Origin: an uncultured Gemmataceae bacterium
GTDB taxonomy: Bacteria; Planctomycetota; Planctomycetia; Gemmatales; Gemmataceae
Assembly: GCA_963750165.1 (NCBI GenBank)
Contig: CAVVPN010000004.1
Span: forward strand, 928,001-992,000
Direction: 5' to 3'
DNA length: 64,000 nucleotides
The position numbers and the translations under genes were made by a program. Below the pieces are notes generated by a model. That model did no database searches and had not been told where the DNA came from. It was given only the letters and a program-made list of their open reading frames with translations. Below, piece after piece: positions 10,918 to 18,958 of this stretch (its first letter is position 1; every line of letters begins with the position of its first letter).

Positions 10918-11637
10918 TCACGTTTTGCCGAGGAGCAGATCGACGACCCAGCAGCCGCGGACGTGTGGGCCGGGGCCGCGTAGGTGGTCGAGGATGGCGG
11001 CGTCTGTGCAACCTACCTCTTCCAGCGCGTCGGCGAGAATCGGCAGGCGGTCGAAGGCACGCTCCTCATAAATCGTGTCGGCGAATTGGGCGATTGTGTG
11101 CCTGCACCAGTCGGGGTCGAATGAGGACGGACGGATGCGGTCGCCGAAAATGTCCCGAACCAGTTCGCAATGCGCCAGATTCTCTGCGATCCGTGCCGCG
11201 TCGGAGCGCTCATGCCAATCGGGCCATACCGATGGCTCTGCAAGACTGGCGGCAAAGGAAGCCGCAATCACCACCTCCCCGGACGTGGTTTTCGCCGCGT
11301 ACCGTGCGGACTTGTCATTGACCACCAGTACGGCGTGGTAGGTCTTGTGTTCAGCCGAATTCCACTTTCGCGCTCCCGTTTTTTCCGCCCGCCGCTGGTC
11401 CTTGGCTGACTGTTTGGCCAATTCTCTGATACTCACCACGGTTCCCCAATCCGTTTGTCCGTCCGCGAAGCGCTCCACAGCAACGACGGCCTCCTGGAAG
11501 CTTGGGTGCGGGAACAGATGCCAGATCCGCCGACAACAGGCGACCGCGAAGAGACGCAGCTTGCGGTCACTCACTCGACGTAATTTCCCCAGCATTTCTC
11601 TGGGGTGTTTACACGCCGACCAGTCTGTCGCATTCAT
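10918..11637 (-). CDS. Gemmataceae-type expanded hypothetical family protein (often labelled SMI1/KNR4-like)
   Basis: N-terminal RKLRLFAVACCRR and C-terminal LPILADALEE.GC...HLRGPGPHVRGCWVVDLLLGK signatures, recognised from memory. Confidence 0.8.
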   Translation of the reverse strand: MNATDWSACKHPREMLGKLRRVSDRKLRLFAVACCRRIWHLFPHPSFQEAVVAVERFADGQTDWGTVVSIRELAKQSAKDQRRAEKTGARKWNSAEHKTYHAVLVVNDKSARYAAKTTSGEVVIAASFAASLAEPSVWPDWHERSDAARIAENLAHCELVRDIFGDRIRPSSFDPDWCRHTIAQFADTIYEERAFDRLPILADALEEVGCTDAAILDHLRGPGPHVRGCWVVDLLLGKT

Positions 11638-11793
11638 GGATCTTTCCTCAAGCACCTCACGATCATGTCCTGTCCAGCATGGAGAGGTGTTCCGCGAAAG
11701 TCAACCAGCGCAAGAATCGGATAGAACCACCCCGCCGCGCCGCGGTATCCTGCCCTCGACGGCTGACCGCAGGCTCCCGACTCGGAGGCAACG

Positions 11794-12852
11794 ATGCGTG
11801 TGCTCGACGAGGACACTTGCTGGCAAGCGGTGCTGGCCCGCGACGCGGCCGCCGATGGCCGCTTCGTCTACGCCGTCCGCTCCACCGGCGTCTTCTGCCG
11901 GCCGTCGTGCCCGGCGCCGCGGCCGCGCCGCCCCGGCGTCACCTTCTTCCCGGTGCCCGAGGCCGCCGCCCAGGCCGGCTTCCGCCCCTGTCGCCGCTGT
12001 CGGCCGCACGAGTTCGCCGCGGCGCCGCCGCAGGTCGAGCTGGTCCGCCGCGTCTGCCGCCACATCGAGGCCCATCTGGAAACGACGCTGACGCTGGCGG
12101 CGCTCGGCGACGAACTGCGGCTCAGCCCGGCCCATTTGCAACGCACCTTCAAGCGCGTCACCGGCGTGACGCCGCGGCAGTACGCGGACGCCTGCCGCCT
12201 CAACCGACTCAAGTCCGGCCTGAAAACGCAAAGGACAGTGACCATGGCAATGTTTGAAGCGGGCTACGGCTCCAGCAGCCGGCTGTACGAGCGGGCCGCC
12301 GGTCAGCTCGGCATGACGCCGGCAACCTACCGCCGCGGCGGTCGCGGCGTGCGCATCGGCTACACCATCGTGGACAGTCCGCTCGGCCGGCTGCTGCTGG
12401 CGGCCACCGAGCGCGGCGTCTGTGCCGTCTGCCTCGATGACGACGACGCCTTCTTGCAGGAGGTACTGCGCGAGGAGTTCCCCGAGGCGGACATCGCCCA
12501 CGACGACGCGGCGCTGCGGCCGTGGGTGACGGAACTGCTGGCGCACCTGGAGGGTCAGCGGCCGCACTTGCAACTGCCGCTGGACGTGCAGGCGACCGCG
12601 TTTCAGTGGCGGGTGTGGCAGGAATTGTGCAAAATCCCCGCCGGCAGCACGCGGACCTACACGGAGGTGGCGGCGGCACTGGGTCAGCCGACGGCGGCGC
12701 GGGCGGTGGCGCGGGCGTGCGCCACCAACCCGGTAGCGCTGATCGTGCCGTGTCACCGCGTCATCCGCGAGGACGGCGACCTGGCCGGCTACCGCTGGGG
12801 CCTCGAACGCAAACGACAACTGCTCGACGCGGAAAAACAGAAATTGGATTAG
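11794..12852 (+). CDS. ada: Bifunctional transcriptional regulator / O6-methylguanine-DNA methyltransferase Ada
   Basis: Zn-binding FCRPSC...FRPCRRC, AraC HTH, active site VPCHRV. Confidence 0.96.
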   Translation: MRVLDEDTCWQAVLARDAAADGRFVYAVRSTGVFCRPSCPAPRPRRPGVTFFPVPEAAAQAGFRPCRRCRPHEFAAAPPQVELVRRVCRHIEAHLETTLTLAALGDELRLSPAHLQRTFKRVTGVTPRQYADACRLNRLKSGLKTQRTVTMAMFEAGYGSSSRLYERAAGQLGMTPATYRRGGRGVRIGYTIVDSPLGRLLLAATERGVCAVCLDDDDAFLQEVLREEFPEADIAHDDAALRPWVTELLAHLEGQRPHLQLPLDVQATAFQWRVWQELCKIPAGSTRTYTEVAAALGQPTAARAVARACATNPVALIVPCHRVIREDGDLAGYRWGLERKRQLLDAEKQKLD

Positions 12853-12974
12853 CCACAGAGGACACAGAGAGCACAGAGAGAGGAAGAGAGGAAATTGGAA
12901 AATAGAAGACCATTCAATTGTTGATTCGATCTCTCTGTTCTTCTCTCTGTGTCCTCTGTGTCCTCTGTGGCTAA
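12849..12974. repeat. Long inverted repeat of ACAGAG-type units (TTAGCCACAGAG...CTCTGTGGCTAA) between convergent genes
   Basis: Left arm includes the ada TAG stop; related copies at 23197-23300 and 59926-59968. Confidence 0.85.
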
Positions 12975-12979
12975 TGCTT

Positions 12980-13783
12980 TCACTCTCCTTGCTTCGATGC
13001 CTGAAACATCCAGTACAGGAGCGCTTTAATCTCAAACGGCTTGAGGCTGGGCCGCAGCGACAGCAGACGGCAGGCGATGCCAGCCAGGTGCGGCGCCGCC
13101 CAGCTGGTGGCCGGCTCGCTGGCGAACGGCCCCAGATAACCGCGGCCGTGCGCCTGAAACTCGATCTGGTCGCGCAACTGGTACGCGAAACGCAGCGGAT
13201 CGTCGAACAGGTTCTTGTCCACCGACAGCAACGGCAGCGAGAACAGGGCGGGATAGCTGCGCGTCAGCGGGTGCTCGTTGTGGGCCGCGGCGCAGATGAG
13301 CACGTCCTTGAAGTAGCACTCCTCAATGGCCCGCAGGAACTGATAGCGGCGCGGCAACTGCTGCAAGCGGTGCTCGGTCACGCCCAGCGACAGGTTGATG
13401 ACCTTGCATTGCCAGACATCGATGGCCCAGCGCAGCGCCTTCATGACGACTTCCACCTCGCAACTGCCCTGCGGCCCGAACACGTCCGCCGAGAACAGCT
13501 GCACACGCGGCGCGATGGTCAACAGGATGTCGGCGACGGTGGTGCCGTGCGGCGTGGACTGCTCGCCCTCGTAGGGCAGTGGCTCGGCCCCGGTCGCGGT
13601 GAAGATGCCGCCCTGGATGGGGTGGAGGGCGTGGCCCTGCTGGCGGAATTTCTCTTCCAGCAGGGCGCGCTCGACGCCGCTGTCGATGACGCAGACGCGC
13701 ACCCCCTCGCCGGTGGCGCGCGGGTCGTGCAACAGCCGCTCCGGCGTCAGCAGGTGTAACAGTTCCTCGAACACGTCGGGCAT
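12980..13783 (-). CDS. Minimal S8 subtilisin-like serine peptidase, no signal or propeptide
   Basis: Triad motifs VIDSG, PHGT, ATSWAAPH; INLSLG; AAAHN. Confidence 0.88.
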   Translation of the reverse strand: MPDVFEELLHLLTPERLLHDPRATGEGVRVCVIDSGVERALLEEKFRQQGHALHPIQGGIFTATGAEPLPYEGEQSTPHGTTVADILLTIAPRVQLFSADVFGPQGSCEVEVVMKALRWAIDVWQCKVINLSLGVTEHRLQQLPRRYQFLRAIEECYFKDVLICAAAHNEHPLTRSYPALFSLPLLSVDKNLFDDPLRFAYQLRDQIEFQAHGRGYLGPFASEPATSWAAPHLAGIACRLLSLRPSLKPFEIKALLYWMFQASKQGE

Positions 13784-13864
13784 AGCGCTCCCCGCCAAGA
13801 GCTGCGGACAAAACTGCTTGCCCGTCTCGGGCCGTGGCCGCAAACTTTAGTTTGCGTTCGGCTT

Positions 13865-13888
13865 ACGCAGGCTAAAGCCTGCGGCTAC
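13865..13888. repeat. REP-like hairpin (GTAGCCGCAGGCTTTAGCCTGCG on the minus strand)
   Basis: GTAG tetranucleotide followed by a palindrome, the classic REP layout. Confidence 0.65.
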
Positions 13889-13911
13889 AGAGAGTTTGGT
13901 CCGCCAGTTCA

Positions 13912-13934
13912 AAGCCGCAAGCGGCAGAAAGACA
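13912..13934. repeat. Partial REP-like unit, family A (AAGCCGCAAGCGGCAGAAAGACA)
   Basis: Matches units at 33041-33115 and 43343-43373. Confidence 0.7.
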
Positions 13935-14092
13935 GGCTCGGACTAGAGTTTGACACTTTCAGTGGACAAGCGAAGTAGCAAGAGCAGGCCGGGCTGGAGG
14001 TTTGGTAGGATCGCGGCAGTCACGCACACGGTCGTACCAACGCCAGGAGGGCCTGCTCCTGGATCAGCTTACTCCCAGCCGCGCCGCCCTGC

Positions 14093-14878
14093 TAGTGCCC
14101 TGTCCAGGCTGAATTTTCGGGTTGCCAAAACCGTCGATTTTGGGGAACCTCCACGTCAACCAGGAGGTTTCCCATGAACAAGAAGTATATCGTGCGGCTC
14201 ACGGACGAGGAACGGGCGATTTGCGAAGCGACCATCAAGGAGGAAAAGGGCAAGTCGGAGAAGCTGCGGCGGGCGACGATCTTGCTCAAGGCCGACGCCG
14301 ACGGGCCGGCTTGGGATGACGCCAAGATCAGCGCGGCCGTCGGTTGCCGGACGCGGACGGTCGAGAACGTGCGGCAAGCATTCGTCTGCGAAGGCTTTGA
14401 GAGGGCGCTGGTTCGCAAGAAGCCGGTGACGTCGCCAACGCCGAAGTTGCTCGACGGGGCGGCCGAAGCAAAATTGATCGCCCTGCGGTTGGGCAAACCA
14501 CCCGCCGGCTTCGGCCATTGGACGCTGCGACTGCTGGCCGAGCAAATGGTGGAACTGGAGATCGTGGAGTCGATCAGCCCGGAGACGGTCCGTCAGACGC
14601 TAAAAAAAACGGGATGACCAAGCGGAAAATCGAGTACTGGGTGATCCCCCCCGACGCCGACGGCGAGTTTGTCGCCAACATGGAGGAGCTGCTGGAGACA
14701 TACGAAAAAGCCTACGATCCTGCCAACCCAGTCGTGTGCATGGACGAGCAGCCGGTGCAACTGATCGGCGAGACGCGGGTGCCGATCCCGGCAACCGTCG
14801 ATTGGCAATTCACCATCGAAAAAGCGAGGGTCAAATTGAAGCGGCTCTACCCGAAAATGTAGTGTGGACGGGGCAGTA
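14093..14878 (+). mobile_element. IS630-family element, internally deleted, with both terminal inverted repeats
   Basis: TA-bounded ends TAGTGCCCTGTCCAGGCTGAATTTTCGGGT and (reverse complement) TACTGCCCCGTCCACACTACATTTTCGGGT, 24/30 match; transposase ORFs inside. Confidence 0.9.
14174..14862 (+). pseudogene. IS630 transposase: HTH ORF A (14174-14617), A8 slippery site (14602-14609), truncated ORF B
   Basis: MNKKYIVRLTDEER...HWTLRLLA...LKK; ORF B has VVCMDEQP, then joins directly to the C-terminal VDWQFT...KLKRLYP. Confidence 0.88.
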
Positions 14879-15139
14879 GGGAGTGTGAAGTTCACCACGA
14901 ATGAAGAGAGAATTTGTCATGGCGGCCGGACTGGCCAAACAGGGATTCCACCATACGGTTCGTTCTACTTGAGCGGAACGGCTATGCGTCGGCTATTACA
15001 AAGCCCACTATCAATTTCACCAGAGAGTTTACGGTCCTCGTTTGGCCCCGTCAATTGGTGATCGGGCCGCTCCTTTGTAGTCGCGGTGCCTGGGCGTCGA
15101 TATGACATCCCGCGGTTCCCCTTGTCGCTGGAGTCCGTC

Positions 15140-17638
15140 ATGCTCACGATTCGCTTGCACATCCTGACGTTCGCGCTGCTGGCCGCAGTTTTTCCGAACG
15201 ACTTGCAGGCCGCGCAACCGGCCGCCGACATCGTGCCGACCGCGGCCCTGGTCGTCCGCCCCGTCGGCACCTACGGCCGCAACGCTGTCCACCGCGACGC
15301 GGTCGAGGCGCTGATCGTCGCCGGCAAGTGGCGCACTCCGAAGGCGGCCGACGAAGTCAAAGGCCCCGGCGGCGTGCAGAAGTGGGAGGCGGTGAAGTTC
15401 GCCAAGGACGGCCGCCTGCAACACGCGGCCCTGCGCGGCGGCTACGCGCTGGTGACGATCCCGTCCGCCACCAAGCGCGTCGCGCTCCTGGAGGCCGCCG
15501 GGCACAACATGGTCTACGTCAACGGCGAGCCGCGCACCGGCGACCCCTATCAGACCGGCTATGTGCGGCTGCCGGTGCTGCTGAAGAAGGGCGACAACGA
15601 ACTGCTCTTTCACGTCGGCCGCGGCGCGTTGCGAGTGCGGTTCAAGCCAACGGCGAAGGAAGCCGAGTTGGAGCCGCGCGACGTGCTGCTGCCGGACTGG
15701 CACGTCGGCGTGCGGCAGGCGACGTGGGCGGCGATCATCGTCCGCAACAACAGTCCGCAGCCGCGCACCGACCTCGTGCTGGAGGCGGCGTGGGGCAAGG
15801 AACAGGCGGTGCAGACGCGGCTGGTGCAACCGCTGCCGCCGTTCAGTCAGCGCAAGGTCGGCTTCCTGCTGCCGCCCGCGCTGCCCGAAGAGGCAGGCGA
15901 AACGGAGGTGCGGATCGCCCTGCTGAGCAAGCTGGCCGACGCCCCGCCGAAGAACCTGGACGCCGTCACGGTCAAGGTGCGCGTCCGCAAGGACGAGCAG
16001 ACATATAAAGAGACGTTTATCAGCAACATTGACGGCAGCGTGCAGTATTACGCGGTCAACCCGGCGCGGCCGCTGCGCAAGGGTGGGGCGCGACCTGCGC
16101 TGTTCCTGTCGCTGCACGGTGCCAGCGTCGAGGCCATCGGTCAGGCGGAAGCCTACGGTGGCAAGACCTGGGGCCATGTGGTGGCGCCGACCAACCGCCG
16201 GCCCTACGGCTTCGACTGGGAGGACTGGGGCCGGCTCGACGCGCTGGAAGTGCTGGAGCTGGCGCAGAAGCAGCTGGGCACCGACCCGCAGCGGACGTAC
16301 CTGACCGGCCACTCGATGGGCGGCCACGGCACCTGGCACGTGGGCGCGACCTTCCCGGATCGCTTCGCCGCCATCGGCCCCAGCGCCGGTTGGGTCGCGT
16401 TCTGGACCTACGGGACGGGGCGGCCCGACGCGGACACGCCCATGAAGCAACTGCTGCAGCGCGGCAACAACGCCAGCGACACACTCGGCCTGGCCCGCAA
16501 CTTCGCCCAGCACGGTGTCTACGTGCTGCACGGCGACGCCGACAACAACGTGCCGGTCAGCCAGGCCCGGCTGATGAAAAAGACGCTCGCCGAGTTCCAC
16601 AAGAATTTCCAGTACCACGAGCAGCCGAAGGCCAGCCACTGGTGGGACGCCTCACCGGAGCCGGGCGCCGACTGCGTCGATTGGGCGCCGCTGTTCGATT
16701 TCTTCGCTCGCCAGATCATCCCCAGCAACGAAAGTCTGCGGCAGGTGCGCTTCACCACCGCCAACCCGGGCATCTCGGCGAAATCGTACTGGGTCAGCGT
16801 CCTGTGTCAGCAGCGGCACGGCGACTTCAGCACCGTGGACGTGCGCTTCGACCCGGGCCTGCGCCGCTTCGTCGGCACCACGGAAAACGTCACGCGACTG
16901 CTGCTGGACCTCGGCCATGTCCGGCCCGGCAAGCCGTTGACGGTCGAACTGGACGGCGTGAACATCGAGAAAATCGCCTGGCCGGGGGCGCCGCGGTTGT
17001 ACCTGGAGCGCAAGGGCAAACAGTGGCAGGTGACGGCGGCGCCGGCGAAGGCGCTGAAGGGGCCGCACCGCTACGGGCCGTTCCGCGACGCCTTCCGCAA
17101 CCGCATGGTGTTCGTTTACGGCTCGAAGGGTGCGCCGGCCGAAAACGACTGGGCGTTCGCCAAGGCCCGCCATGACGCCGAGACGTTCTGGTATCGTGGT
17201 AACGGCAGCGTGGACGTGCTCAGCGACGTGGAGTTTCTGAAAATCGCGGCGAAGGAACCGGATCGCAATGTCATCGTCTACGGCAACGCCGACACCAACG
17301 CCGCGTGGGGGCCGCTGCTGAAGGACAGCCCGGTGCAGGTGCGGAGCGGCGGCATCACCGTCGTCGGCAGACACGAGAACGGAGACGACGCGGCCTGTTT
17401 CTTCGTGCGGCCACGGCCCGGCAGTGACGTGGCCAGTGTCGGGGTGGTTTCCGGCACGAGCTTGATGGGCCGGCGCTTGACGGATCGCGTGCCGCTGTTC
17501 GTCTCGGGTGTCGGCATGCCGGACTTTTTGCTGCTGGGGCCGGAGATGCTGCACGAGGGCTACAGCGGCGTACGGGCGGCGGGCTACTTTGGCGATGACT
17601 GGTCGGTGGGGCGCGGCGAGTTTGTGTGGCGTGAGTGA
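15140..17638 (+). CDS. Secreted alpha/beta-hydrolase (esterase / prolyl oligopeptidase-like) with N- and C-terminal extensions
   Basis: Signal peptide; SLHGA, GHSMGG, HGDADNNVP and SHWW motifs. Confidence 0.85.
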   Translation: MLTIRLHILTFALLAAVFPNDLQAAQPAADIVPTAALVVRPVGTYGRNAVHRDAVEALIVAGKWRTPKAADEVKGPGGVQKWEAVKFAKDGRLQHAALRGGYALVTIPSATKRVALLEAAGHNMVYVNGEPRTGDPYQTGYVRLPVLLKKGDNELLFHVGRGALRVRFKPTAKEAELEPRDVLLPDWHVGVRQATWAAIIVRNNSPQPRTDLVLEAAWGKEQAVQTRLVQPLPPFSQRKVGFLLPPALPEEAGETEVRIALLSKLADAPPKNLDAVTVKVRVRKDEQTYKETFISNIDGSVQYYAVNPARPLRKGGARPALFLSLHGASVEAIGQAEAYGGKTWGHVVAPTNRRPYGFDWEDWGRLDALEVLELAQKQLGTDPQRTYLTGHSMGGHGTWHVGATFPDRFAAIGPSAGWVAFWTYGTGRPDADTPMKQLLQRGNNASDTLGLARNFAQHGVYVLHGDADNNVPVSQARLMKKTLAEFHKNFQYHEQPKASHWWDASPEPGADCVDWAPLFDFFARQIIPSNESLRQVRFTTANPGISAKSYWVSVLCQQRHGDFSTVDVRFDPGLRRFVGTTENVTRLLLDLGHVRPGKPLTVELDGVNIEKIAWPGAPRLYLERKGKQWQVTAAPAKALKGPHRYGPFRDAFRNRMVFVYGSKGAPAENDWAFAKARHDAETFWYRGNGSVDVLSDVEFLKIAAKEPDRNVIVYGNADTNAAWGPLLKDSPVQVRSGGITVVGRHENGDDAACFFVRPRPGSDVASVGVVSGTSLMGRRLTDRVPLFVSGVGMPDFLLLGPEMLHEGYSGVRAAGYFGDDWSVGRGEFVWRE

Positions 17639-17648
17639 GGGCTTGCGA

Positions 17649-18341
17649 ATGCGGATTCTGGCGATTGGCGACCTGCACGGCTGCTTGGCGGCGCTCGACA
17701 CGCTGCTGGCGGCCGTACAGCCGACGGCGGACGACCTGCTCATCACGCTGGGCGATTACGTGGACCGCGGCCCCGATTCGCGCGGCGTCCTCGACCGTTT
17801 GGTGCGGTTGAGCCAGACGCACAAGCTGATCGCGCTGCTGGGCAATCACGATCAGATGATGCTGGAGTCGCGCGACAGCACTCGCGACATGGAAGACTGG
17901 TTAGAGGCCGGAGGCGATGGGACGCTGGCGTCCTACGCGCGGCCAGGCGAACCCGGCACGCTGCAGGACGTGCCGGCGGAGCACTGGGATTTTCTGGAGA
18001 ACCATTGCCGTGACTGGTTCGAGACGGAGCGGCACTTCTTCGTCCACGCCAACGTCTACCCCGACCTGCCGCTGGACGAGCAGCCGCAATTCATGCTGCG
18101 CTGGGAGCAACTGCGGCAGGATTCGCGGCCGCACGAGTCGAACAAGGTGATGGTGTGCGGCCACACGCGGCAGAAGAACGGCGTGCCACTCGACCTGGGG
18201 CACGCGGTCTGCATCGACACCTGGCCGGACGGCATGGGCTGGCTGACGTGCCTGGAAGTGCCGACCGGCCGGCTGTGGCAGGCGAACCAGCGCGGCGAAC
18301 GCCGCACGGGCTGGCTCGGCGGCGAACTGCGTGCTAGCTGA
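17649..18341 (+). CDS. Metallophosphoesterase, PPP-family Ser/Thr phosphatase (PrpA/PphA-like)
   Basis: GDLHG, GDYVDRG, GNHD, FVHA, GHT and IDT motifs. Confidence 0.92.
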   Translation: MRILAIGDLHGCLAALDTLLAAVQPTADDLLITLGDYVDRGPDSRGVLDRLVRLSQTHKLIALLGNHDQMMLESRDSTRDMEDWLEAGGDGTLASYARPGEPGTLQDVPAEHWDFLENHCRDWFETERHFFVHANVYPDLPLDEQPQFMLRWEQLRQDSRPHESNKVMVCGHTRQKNGVPLDLGHAVCIDTWPDGMGWLTCLEVPTGRLWQANQRGERRTGWLGGELRAS

Positions 18342-18367
18342 TGCACTTCGCGCCAGACGGCGCCTGA

Positions 18368-18430
18368 GTGGCGACCGCGTCACACGGCAAGGTTCCCGTG
18401 CTCTGGGACGTGGCCACGGGCAAGCAGGAC
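18368..18430 (+). pseudogene. WD40 repeat remnant
   Basis: VATASHGKVPVLWDVATGKQ, cut by the IS5 remnant. Confidence 0.5.
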
Positions 18431-18733
18431 CCCTCGGCGGCAGGTCTTGCCGCAGCCACAGCCGAGTTCGGCGGGCAGGTCGTCCCAGGCCATGCCGGTC
18501 TTGAGCACGAACAGGATGCCGGTCAGGATCTGGCGCGGCTCCAGCGGCTTGCGGCCCGGGAAGCGGAAGCGGCGCGGGGGCGGGGGCGGCAGCAAGGGCT
18601 CAATGCGCTCCCACAGCGCGTCGGTGACGAAGGTCTTCATGGTAGTTCCTCCTCAGAGATCCGGAGATCGCTCTCCGAATCACTGAGGAGCAACCGACGG
18701 GCCAATTGTCTCATTTTTTCCGAACGCTCTTAA
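18431..18733 (-). mobile_element. IS5-family remnant: left end plus N-terminal about 69 codons of the transposase (start 18640)
   Basis: MKTFVTDALWERIEPLLP...GRKP...ILTGILFVLKTGMAWDDLPAELGCG; GAGGAGG RBS; probable end TTAAGAGCGTTCGGAAAAAA; no DDE domain. Confidence 0.85.
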
Positions 18734-18958
18734 CAACCCGCGCGGGACTGATCCCTCTTGTGTTGCTTTCGAGAATCTGCTTATATTCTTCGATTTAGTG
18801 ACGCCGGCGCCCGCGCCTGCGACGTTGGCCCTGCGTCCAGTCCGTGTGCAACACCCGCTTTCTCTCTCCGGGGCTGGCCCGCCCCGCGGGTGGCTGCCGT
18901 CGTGTCCAGGACGGGCACGACGTAAAATAACCCTCCCCCTTCTTCTGGAGGCGTGGCA

